Shown here in pieces: positions 19,080 through 26,589 of a DNA stretch of 63,585 nt. The stretch covers positions 1-63,585 of the forward strand of contig CAZYXZ010000006.1 of assembly GCA_964651395.1 (NCBI GenBank), given 5' to 3'. Both the position numbers and the translations under genes were made by a program. The notes beneath the pieces were generated by a model, which was not told the DNA's origin, did no database searches, and worked only from the letters and a program-made list of their open reading frames with translations. This stretch comes from an uncultured Frankiaceae bacterium (GTDB taxonomy: Bacteria; Actinomycetota; Actinomycetes; BP-191). Numbering within the stretch: position 1 is the stretch's first letter; each line of letters begins with the position of its first letter.

Positions 19080-21734
19080 ATGCGCTTCCTCCGCTCCGCA
19101 CTCCCCGGGCTCCTGTGCGCCTCGCTCGCCGCTGCCGGCGCCGCCGGCGTGCCTACTCCCGCGTCGGCCTCGCCATCGGTACGGCGCACCCCGCCGGCCG
19201 CCGAGCAGACCGGTCGCGTGGTCGTCCGCTACCGGGCGGACACCAGCTCGGCGACACGCTCTGCTGCGGCCCGCGCGGCCGCGGCCACCGTGCGCGCGGG
19301 CATCCGAGCGCTGCACGTCGACGTGCTGTCCACGAACGACGTCGCGGGCACGATCAGCTCGCTGAGCGCCCGGCCCGACGTGGTCTGGGCGGAGCCCGAG
19401 GTCCGGGTGGAGCGGCACGCCACCGAGTGGAACACGACGCCGGAGCGCACCGAGATCAACGTCGACGGCGCGCGCGCGGCCAACGCGCTGCTCACCGGTG
19501 CCGGCGTGGACGTCGGCGTCATCGACGACGGCGTCTTCAAGGGCATCTCCGACCTGCCGCCGTCCCGGCTCGTGGACGGCGGCGACTGCAGCGGCGACGA
19601 GTGCCTGGCGACGGGCGGTCTGAACGAGCTCGGGTCACCCGGGTTCGGCTCGCACGGTACGGCGGTCGCCGCGATCATCGCGGCGGAGCAGAACACCACG
19701 CCGGAGGACAACGGCGAGGGCATCAACGGTGTCGCGCCGCAGGCGACGATCCACTCGTACCGCGTGTTCCCGGACATCGAGTTCGGGACGACGGACGTGT
19801 CCATCGCCAACGCGATCCTCGCCGCCGCCGCGGACCACATGGACGTCGTCAACATGAGCCTCGGCTCGGGCTTCGACGGCCGCCTCATGCGCGACGCGAT
19901 GACCCAGGCGCGGTCGCTGTCGCCCAACACGCTCTACGTCGCCTCGTCGGGCAACGACGGCAGCGACCGGCCCAGCTACCCGGCCGGTGACCCGTACGTG
20001 CTCTCCGTCGGCGGCACGCAGTTCTCGGGCGGGGCGTGGAAGCTCGTCGACTTCTCCAACCGAGGCGACGTCGACGTCCTCGCCCCCGCCGTGGACATCC
20101 GGACGTGGGACAAGCCGCCCGGCCAGACCGGCGCGCCCACCAGCGTCATCCCGGTCGACGGCACGAGCTTCTCCGCCCCGATGGTGTCAGGCATCGCCGC
20201 CCAGCTGGCGTCGGCCGGCGTTGGCTTGGTCGGTGACCGGGCGCGCGCGGCGATCGTCGCCTCGACGGAGCCGGCCAACCCGGCCAGCCTGAGCCCGCCC
20301 GCGCCCCCGGCGGCCCACGGCGTCGGTCGCGCGGACGCGCTGACGGCGTACAACCTGGCGGCGAACGGTGGCGCCACCTACACGGCGGTATTCGTCGACC
20401 GCGGGGAGTACGTCGCCAGCCAGGTCGGCAAGCGCACCCTGGAGATCCTGCGGGTCTCTCCGGCCGGGTCGTTCGGCGCGGCCGACACGGTCGGCACCGG
20501 CGGCGTCGGCACCGTGGCGCTCGGCGCGAGTGCTGCCGCGGCCGCACCGAACAACCTGACCACCGCGCGTCGTACGGCGACGTACACCGCGCCCACGGCG
20601 AACCCGACCGATTTCACGATCACCGCCTCGAAGGCCGGGGACGCCACGTCCGGTGTCCGGCCCATGCGGTTGACCGTGAACACGGCCGGCCCTGAGGGCG
20701 TGCCGCTCGGCAACAACGTGGCCCAGTCCGCGGTGCTGACCTTCGGCCTGCAGAGCAGCTACATCCGCACGTTCCCGATGGCGCAGGACGGGTGCGTGGA
20801 CATCGGGTTCACCTACCCCGACGCATCTACGGACAGCCTGCTCTTCGTGTGGGCGCCGACGACGGTGAACGGCGTCGCCGACAGCGGCGACGCGCCGGTG
20901 GGGGCCGACGACACCGAGGTGTCCGAGGGCACGTACCGCTACTGCGCGACCGGCCGCCCGGCCGGCACGTACGCCGCGGGCTTCGTGCTGTTCAGCCCCG
21001 ACGGCAACGCGCCAGGCGCGTTCGACCCGTACCGCATGACGCTGCACTTCCCGACCATGCTCAGCAGCCTCAACGTCCCGCCGACCTCGACGAACGTCTC
21101 GAGCACCGCGACCTTCCCGTTCTCGTGGTCGTCATCGACGCCGGGCAACCGTTTCGACATCCAGTACACCTGGCGTCAGCGCAACGCCGCGGGCGTCTAC
21201 TCGATCGGCGCCTGGCGGGCCTGGCGCGTCGGCCTCACCGGGACCTCCGGCACGTTCGGGGGGAGCTACCCGACCGGAGTGCCGGGCACGACGTACTTCC
21301 TGCGTGTCCGCGCGCGGGACGCGGACGACAAGCTCGGCCCGTGGGCGCCGTTCAAGCACTCGGTCATGCCGGTCGACGACCGCTACGTCTACGTGAAGTA
21401 CGGCCCCGGCTGGTCGAAGACCGGCGGCACCGGCCGCTACCTCGGGACGCTGTCGGTGGCTTCGGCCGCAGGGCGGTTCCTCACCTACGACGCCGACACC
21501 GCCGGGTTCACGATCATCGGCGACCGCTGCCCGACCTGCGGGCAGCTGCGCGTGATCGTCGACGGCGTGACGCGGGCGGTCATCGACACCCGCGCGGCGA
21601 CGACCCAGGTGCGCCAGCAGCTCCACTACACGGGCAACTTCGGCTCGATCGGCCGGCACCGGCTCCGGCTCGAGGTGATCGGCACTCCGGGTCGCCCGCG
21701 CGTCGCCCTCGACGGCATCGCGATCATCCGCTGA
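19080..21734 (+). CDS. Secreted S8 (subtilisin-like) serine peptidase with C-terminal beta-sandwich/FN3-like domains
   Basis: Signal peptide; triad VGVIDDG / SHGTAVA / GTSFSAP; oxyanion SSGND. Confidence 0.92.
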   Translation: MRFLRSALPGLLCASLAAAGAAGVPTPASASPSVRRTPPAAEQTGRVVVRYRADTSSATRSAAARAAAATVRAGIRALHVDVLSTNDVAGTISSLSARPDVVWAEPEVRVERHATEWNTTPERTEINVDGARAANALLTGAGVDVGVIDDGVFKGISDLPPSRLVDGGDCSGDECLATGGLNELGSPGFGSHGTAVAAIIAAEQNTTPEDNGEGINGVAPQATIHSYRVFPDIEFGTTDVSIANAILAAAADHMDVVNMSLGSGFDGRLMRDAMTQARSLSPNTLYVASSGNDGSDRPSYPAGDPYVLSVGGTQFSGGAWKLVDFSNRGDVDVLAPAVDIRTWDKPPGQTGAPTSVIPVDGTSFSAPMVSGIAAQLASAGVGLVGDRARAAIVASTEPANPASLSPPAPPAAHGVGRADALTAYNLAANGGATYTAVFVDRGEYVASQVGKRTLEILRVSPAGSFGAADTVGTGGVGTVALGASAAAAAPNNLTTARRTATYTAPTANPTDFTITASKAGDATSGVRPMRLTVNTAGPEGVPLGNNVAQSAVLTFGLQSSYIRTFPMAQDGCVDIGFTYPDASTDSLLFVWAPTTVNGVADSGDAPVGADDTEVSEGTYRYCATGRPAGTYAAGFVLFSPDGNAPGAFDPYRMTLHFPTMLSSLNVPPTSTNVSSTATFPFSWSSSTPGNRFDIQYTWRQRNAAGVYSIGAWRAWRVGLTGTSGTFGGSYPTGVPGTTYFLRVRARDADDKLGPWAPFKHSVMPVDDRYVYVKYGPGWSKTGGTGRYLGTLSVASAAGRFLTYDADTAGFTIIGDRCPTCGQLRVIVDGVTRAVIDTRAATTQVRQQLHYTGNFGSIGRHRLRLEVIGTPGRPRVALDGIAIIR

Positions 21735-21752
21735 TCGACTGATCGGATCCGC

Positions 21753-21776
21753 GTTTCCACAGCCGCGAGCGGGTAG
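21753..21776 (+). promoter_or_regulatory. Putative SigB/SigF-type general stress promoter
   Basis: GTTT-N14-GGGTA upstream of the hemerythrin gene. Confidence 0.5.
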
Positions 21777-21830
21777 ACCCGCGAGGGCCGCTTTCGCGCT
21801 GCGCAGAACCACCACAGAGGGAGGAAAGTC

Positions 21831-22424
21831 ATGCCCGACGCCATCACGTCGCTCAAGCAGGACCACAAGGAGGTCAAGGGGCTGTTCCGCGAGTTCGAGC
21901 GGCTCGGCGATCGCGCGACCAAGAGCAAGAAGGACGTCGTGGACAAGATCGTCCGCGAGCTGTCGATCCATGCCGCCGTCGAGGAGCAGGTCTTCTACCC
22001 CGCCGCGCGCGAGGCCGTGCCCGACGCGAAGGACGACATCCTGGAGGGGCTCGAGGAGCACCACATCGTGAAGTGGACGTGTTCCGAGCTGGAGGACATG
22101 GACCCGAGCGACGAGCGCTACGACGCCAAGGTCACCGTCCTCATCGAGCTGGTGCGCCACCACATCGACGAGGAAGAGAAGGAGATGTTCCCCACCATCC
22201 GCGAGGCGCTCGGCCGCAAGCGGCTGCTCGAGATCGGCGACGCGATGGAGATCGCGCGGAAGGCCGCCCCGACCCGGCCGCACCCGCGCCTGCCGGACGA
22301 GCCGCCGGGCAACGTTCTCGCCGGCGCGCCGGCCGCCGCAGCGGACCGCATGATCGACCTGGTCGAGCGCAAGGCGCCGACCGGACTGCTCGGCCGTCGC
22401 AAGAAGGCCGGTACGCGGCGCTGA
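21831..22424 (+). CDS. Hemerythrin domain-containing protein
   Basis: LKQDHKEV, HAAVEEQVFYP, EEHHIVK, HHIDEEEKEMFP; SD GGAGG. Confidence 0.9.
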   Translation: MPDAITSLKQDHKEVKGLFREFERLGDRATKSKKDVVDKIVRELSIHAAVEEQVFYPAAREAVPDAKDDILEGLEEHHIVKWTCSELEDMDPSDERYDAKVTVLIELVRHHIDEEEKEMFPTIREALGRKRLLEIGDAMEIARKAAPTRPHPRLPDEPPGNVLAGAPAAAADRMIDLVERKAPTGLLGRRKKAGTRR

Positions 22425-22438
22425 CGCCTCCCGCCTGG

Positions 22439-23233
22439 TCAGCCCAGGGCGCTGGAGTCGGCGACCTGGGCGGCCGGCGGGGCCTTGATGTCGACCGGCG
22501 TACCGAAGTCGAACATCTCGATGACCAGCTCGAGGTTGCCCGCCTCGGGTTTGTCACCGAGCGGGATGGCCTGGGTCATCTTGCGCATGCGCCCGGCGTC
22601 GTCGACCCAGATCTCGACCGGGAACGGCGTGCCCTTGTAGTCCTTCAGCGCCGCCTGCATGGCGGCGTTGTTGGTGCCGGCGGCTGCCGCGGCCCGGGCG
22701 ACGTCGATCTTGGTGGAGTAGTGGGTGGTGGGCTCGCCGCGCACGTCCTCACGCCCGACCTTCGTGACCTCGCCGGAGACGCCACGCAGGTAGTCGAGCG
22801 CCTTCGTCGGGTCCTGGTTCGCCAGGGTCTCGAGCGTGTTGGCCGTGACGCCCCGCTGCTTGCCGATGTCGGCCAGGTCGAGCTGCACCCACGACTTCCC
22901 CGGGGGCAGCTGCAGCGTCGGCAGCTTGATGTAGAAGGCCTGGTCGATGAACACCAGCTCCGCCTGACCCGACTGGCCGAGCTGCATCGTCAGGCTGCTC
23001 GCCCCGCTCTTGAGGTCGGTCAGCCCGGTGCCGCTGAAGTTGATCGGCGTCGTACCGGTGTCCACGCCGATCGACATGAACATGCGCGCGGTGCCGGCGT
23101 CGGCGGTCTTCGCGGACGCGAGCTCGAGCGTGGCCATACCCGCCCGGCTCGCGGCCTGCTTGTCCTCCCCGCCGCACGCCGTCACGAGCAGGCCGAGGGC
23201 CAGGACCCCCGCGGCCAGTCGGGTGGTTCTCAT
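22439..23233 (-). CDS. LppX/LprAFG-like lipoprotein
   Basis: Lipobox LVTAC; GREDVRGEPTTHY, VEIWVDDAGRMRK, MFDFGTPVDIKAPP; ATGA overlap with the upstream paralog. Confidence 0.8.
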   Translation of the reverse strand: MRTTRLAAGVLALGLLVTACGGEDKQAASRAGMATLELASAKTADAGTARMFMSIGVDTGTTPINFSGTGLTDLKSGASSLTMQLGQSGQAELVFIDQAFYIKLPTLQLPPGKSWVQLDLADIGKQRGVTANTLETLANQDPTKALDYLRGVSGEVTKVGREDVRGEPTTHYSTKIDVARAAAAAGTNNAAMQAALKDYKGTPFPVEIWVDDAGRMRKMTQAIPLGDKPEAGNLELVIEMFDFGTPVDIKAPPAAQVADSSALG

Positions 23234-24024
23234 GAGGTGCTCCCACCGAGGAACGGCGCGATCTCCTTGATGTCGCCGGTGTCCTTGGCGGGCGGAGGCG
23301 ACGCGGTCACCGCCGTGCCGAAGTCGAAGAGCTCGACGGTCGCGTGCAGCGAGCCGCCGCCGTTCGGGATGGCGACGGTGAAGTCGAGCCGTCGCACCCG
23401 GCCGTCGTCGTCGAGCCAGACGCCGACCGGGAGCGTCGGTACGCCGAGCGAGGCCTTCAACGCCTCCAGCGCGGGCCTGTCCTGCGCCGTGGCTGCCTGG
23501 ACGGCGACCTCGACGGACACCGTCGCGGCGTAGTGCGTTGTCGGCGTGCCACGGATGGTCTCGGTGCCCTCGACCTTCGCGTCGGTCGCGCCGCGCAGGA
23601 CGTTGAGCTGCGTGCTCGGCTGGATGTTGCGCAGCTGGCGCAGCAACGAGCCGACGGATCCGGGGATGGCGGCCGCGCCCGCCGCGTCGACGCGGAACCA
23701 ACGCGGGAGGAGCGCGGACTTCACGTAGACCAGGTCCTCGGCGATGACCACCTCGCCGGCGCCGCCGAGCTGGCTCGGCAGGGTGATCGTGAAGTGGCCG
23801 AGGTCCTTGGCGAAGTCGAACTCGCCGTCGCCGGTCGTCTTGCCGGCGCTCGGCCCACCTGTGACGTCGGCGACGATCGACAGCTTGCTCGTGCCACCGG
23901 TGCGCGTCGCGGCCGCCGCATTGCGGATCTTGTCCGCACCCTCGGGCTTGATGACGTTGTCGCCGCCGTCACAGGCCCCCAGCAGCACCGCCGCAATGGC
24001 CAGCCCCACGCCGAGTCGTCTCAT
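23230..24024 (-). CDS. LppX/LprAFG-like lipoprotein (tandem paralog)
   Basis: Lipobox LLGAC; GTETIRGTPTTHY, VGVWLDDDGRVRR, LFDFGTAVTASPP. Confidence 0.8.
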   Translation of the reverse strand: MRRLGVGLAIAAVLLGACDGGDNVIKPEGADKIRNAAAATRTGGTSKLSIVADVTGGPSAGKTTGDGEFDFAKDLGHFTITLPSQLGGAGEVVIAEDLVYVKSALLPRWFRVDAAGAAAIPGSVGSLLRQLRNIQPSTQLNVLRGATDAKVEGTETIRGTPTTHYAATVSVEVAVQAATAQDRPALEALKASLGVPTLPVGVWLDDDGRVRRLDFTVAIPNGGGSLHATVELFDFGTAVTASPPPAKDTGDIKEIAPFLGGSTS

Positions 24025-24092
24025 CCCGCCATTCTCTGACGAGACGGCTCACGCGGTCTCGCCGATGCCGAAGATGGCGCGCGTGTTGACGG

Positions 24093-24387
24093 TGGGCCCC
24101 CCGGGACTCGAACCCGGAACCAACGGATTAACTTGCCACTACGCCTTTCGACGCCGCCCCGTTCGGGCGTTTGTGGTCTGGACTGTCCCTTCACCGTGGC
24201 GCGGTGCGCGCTTTAGGTGCCACCCGTCCAGTCTCTACACCTTCCGAGGTTTCCCTCGGCTTGGCTCGGGATCGCCATGCCAGTCGCCCGGCGAAGGGTT
24301 CCCCGACTTTGAGTGGTGTCATCCTGGCCGTTTCCGGCCAGGCGCTCCTATTGAAGTCCGCTGCTCTGCCAGTTGAGCTAGAGGCCC
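24093..24387 (-). tRNA. tRNA-Lys(UUU), split by a group I intron between positions 34 and 35
   Basis: 5' exon 24387-24354: GGGCCTCTAGCTCAACTGGCAGAGCAGCGGACTT (34 nt). 3' exon 24131-24093: TTAATCCGTTGGTTCCGGGTTCGAGTCCCGGGGGGCCCA (39 nt). Joined they give a perfect 73-nt cloverleaf with loop CU-UUU-AA and discriminator A73. CCA is not fully encoded (CCG). Confidence 0.93.
24132..24353 (-). ncRNA. Group I self-splicing intron (IC3-like), 222 nt, no internal ORF
   Basis: P1 CUU/GAG with U.G at the 5' splice site; P2 CCUGGCCG-GAAA-CGGCCAGG; P3 CCACUC/GGGUGG; P4 UCGGG/CCCGA; P6a CCGAGG-GAAA-CCUCGG; P7 GACUG/CAGUC; core GAAGGUGUAGAGACUGGACGG; P9 GCGUC-GAAA-GGCGU; P9.0 CCAC/GUGG, then AA and terminal omega-G. 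Confidence 0.93.
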
Positions 24388-25097
24388 TGACGAGCGGTGA
24401 GTCTATGGGTCAAGAGGTGCTCGGCGAACCAGTCGAGCGTGCGTTTCCACGCGTCCTTGGCGGCTAGCTCGTTGTAGGCCTTGGGGCGGGCGTCGCAGTG
24501 GAAGCCGTGGTCGGCGTCGGCGTACCGGACCACCTCGGTCTGGACCGACGCGGTCACCGCCGACGCGCGCAGCCGCTCGACCTCGGCGACGGAGATGCCC
24601 TGGTCGAGGTCGCCGTAGAGGCCGAGCCACGGCGCCTGCAGCTCCGGCGCGAGGTCGACCAGCGACGGGATCCCGAAGCGGCCTTCGCCCACCCCGCCGC
24701 CGTAGAAGGTGACCGCCGCGCCGACCGGCCGGCTGGCCGCGGCGAGGAACGTCACCGTCCCGCCCATGCAGAAGCCGACCACGCCGACCTTCCCGGCGGG
24801 GAACCCCTCGGCGGCCAGGACGGCGAGCGCGGAGTCCAGGTCCGCGAGCAGGTCGTCCCTCGTGAGCGCCCGCATGTGCGGCCAGATCGCCTCGAGGTTG
24901 TCGTAGCCGAGCGGCTCGTCGTCCGGGCCCTGGGTGCGGTGGAAGAAGTGAGGGGCGACCGCGCGGTAGCCCTCGGCGGCGAAGCGCCGGGTCACGTCCT
25001 GGATGTGGTCCGTGACGCCGAATGCCTCCTGGACCACGATCACCGCCGCCCGGGCCTCGCCGGCCGGGTGCGCGTCGTAAAGGGGCACCTGCGTCAT
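24378..25097 (-). CDS. Dienelactone hydrolase family protein
   Basis: VVQEAFGV, GVVGFCMGG nucleophile, ADHGFHCDARP. The stop codon lies inside the tRNA-Lys 5' exon. Confidence 0.9.
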   Translation of the reverse strand: MTQVPLYDAHPAGEARAAVIVVQEAFGVTDHIQDVTRRFAAEGYRAVAPHFFHRTQGPDDEPLGYDNLEAIWPHMRALTRDDLLADLDSALAVLAAEGFPAGKVGVVGFCMGGTVTFLAAASRPVGAAVTFYGGGVGEGRFGIPSLVDLAPELQAPWLGLYGDLDQGISVAEVERLRASAVTASVQTEVVRYADADHGFHCDARPKAYNELAAKDAWKRTLDWFAEHLLTHRLTARQGL

Positions 25098-25208
25098 GGC
25101 TGGGCATTCTGCCGGGTTGTGACGCTCGCCGGGGGCTCGCGTATGCTTCCCCGGTTCCCGACGGCAAGTGGATGGGGTCGTCGTACGCCGGTCCGACCGT
25201 CGTCTGCC

Positions 25209-25281
25209 GCCCCCATCGTCTAGCGGCCTAGGACACCGCCCTTTCAAGGCGGCAGCACGGGTTCGAATCCCGTTGGGGGCA
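25209..25281 (+). tRNA. tRNA-Glu(UUC)
   Basis: GCCCCCA...CCGCC-CTTTCAA-GGCGG...GTTCGAATCC...TGGGGGCA cloverleaf. Confidence 0.97.
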
Positions 25282-25304
25282 CACAGCACGGAAGCAACAA
25301 CGTT

Positions 25305-25379
25305 GGTCCCGTAGTGCAGTCTGGAGTGCACGCCGCCCTGTCAAGGCGGAGGTCGCGGGTTCAAATCCCGTCGGGACCG
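25305..25379 (+). tRNA. tRNA-Asp(GUC)
   Basis: GGTCCCG...CCGCC-CTGTCAA-GGCGG...GTTCAAATCC...CGGGACCG. Confidence 0.97.
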
Positions 25380-25403
25380 CTGACATGCCGCAAGGCATGG
25401 CAA

Positions 25404-25480
25404 GGGCAGGTAGCTCAGTCGGTACGAGCGCGCGCCTGAAAAGCGTGAGGTCGGCGGTTCGACCCCGCCCCTGCCCACCA
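25404..25480 (+). tRNA. tRNA-Phe(GAA)
   Basis: GGGCAGG...CGCGC-CTGAAAA-GCGTG...GTTCGACCC...CCTGCCCACCA (CCA encoded). Confidence 0.97.
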
Positions 25481-25502
25481 CCATGACCATCGCGGGAGCC
25501 GG

Positions 25503-26585
25503 ATGACTGCGGATGCGCCGCTGCGGGTGCTCAACGTCGTCCTCGCGGCGCCGCAGATCGGCGGGCTCGAGCTGAGCTTCGCGCGCATCCGGCCGGCACT
25601 CGAGCAGGCCGGGATCGCCTCGAGCGCGCTCGTCATCGGAAGCGACCCGGGGAGCGCGACCGTCCTGGCGGAGTACCTGCCGGTCACGCAGACCGAGGAC
25701 GCCGCGACGGTCGATTCCGCCCTCCGCGCCGCGGACGTCATCCACGTGCACGGCGCCGACTGCACGACCTGGGCGCACGACGTGCCGCGACGCGCGCGAC
25801 GGATGAACCGACCCGTCGTCTTCACGATCCACCTGCCCAGCTACCCCCCGGTCGGTGCCTGGTCGCCGGGCCGCGTCCGCGTCAGCGCCAAACTGCTGCT
25901 CGACGGCATCTACCTGCGGCGCAACACCGATCGGGTCCTCGCTCCGTCGACCGCCGCCGCGACGACGGCCAACCGCCGCTTCGGCCCGTGGCTCGGGGCA
26001 CAGCGCTTCCTCCACGGCGTCCCGGACCACGGCGCGACGGCCGTCCCCGGCGGGCCACTGCGCCTGGCCTTCGTCGGACGGCTCGACCAGCACAAGCAGC
26101 CACTCGTCTTCGTCGAGTCGGTTGCGCTCGCGGTGGCCGACGGCGTCGACGTGTACGCCGAGATGGCCGGTGACGGCTCACTGGCTGACGACGTACGAGA
26201 CCTGGTGTCGTCACGTGGCCTCGAGGACCGCGTCACCTTGCTCGGCCGCATCCCGCACCCGGACGAGCTGCTCCGCCGCTCTCACGTGCTGGTGTTCACC
26301 TCCGACGCCGAGGGCTGCCCGGTGAGCGCGATCGAGGCGGCGGCGGTCGGCCGCGGCACGGTCTGCCGCACCGGCATCGAGGGCATCACCGAGATGTGGG
26401 GGGACGGTGCCGTGCTCGTGTCACCCTTGGCCGGCGCGCGGGAGTTCGCCTCGACGTACGCCGACCTCGCAGCCGATCTCAGCCGCGCCGAACGCATGGG
26501 GGCAGCCGCCCGCCGGCTCTTCGAGCGGGAATTCGACGGCCGCATGGCGGCCGTCCGGTGGGCGGAGCTCTACCGGTCCGTGTGA
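25503..26585 (+). CDS. Glycosyltransferase family 4 protein
   Basis: GGLELSF, FVGRLDQHKQP, FTSDAEGCPVSAIEAAAVG. Confidence 0.85.
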   Translation: MTADAPLRVLNVVLAAPQIGGLELSFARIRPALEQAGIASSALVIGSDPGSATVLAEYLPVTQTEDAATVDSALRAADVIHVHGADCTTWAHDVPRRARRMNRPVVFTIHLPSYPPVGAWSPGRVRVSAKLLLDGIYLRRNTDRVLAPSTAAATTANRRFGPWLGAQRFLHGVPDHGATAVPGGPLRLAFVGRLDQHKQPLVFVESVALAVADGVDVYAEMAGDGSLADDVRDLVSSRGLEDRVTLLGRIPHPDELLRRSHVLVFTSDAEGCPVSAIEAAAVGRGTVCRTGIEGITEMWGDGAVLVSPLAGAREFASTYADLAADLSRAERMGAAARRLFEREFDGRMAAVRWAELYRSV

Positions 26586-26589
26586 GCCG

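Noticed and set aside
24128-24136. Reading the split tRNA as tRNA-Asn(GUU), by splicing after U33 and keeping the G before UUAA
   Set aside because: The intron would then end in A, breaking the omega-G rule, and P1 would be weaker. A73, the GGG acceptor start and the Lys/Glu-Asp-Phe synteny all favour Lys(UUU).
24347-24387. Apparent UCA (Sec/opal suppressor) anticodon in the unspliced 5' part (CU-UCA-AU)
   Set aside because: The bases after the loop (AGGAG) do not pair with GCGGA; they are intron P1/P2 sequence.
24378-25331. ORF-track 317-aa version of the dienelactone hydrolase
   Set aside because: The extension overlaps tRNA-Glu and tRNA-Asp on the opposite strand; family similarity begins at ATG 25097.
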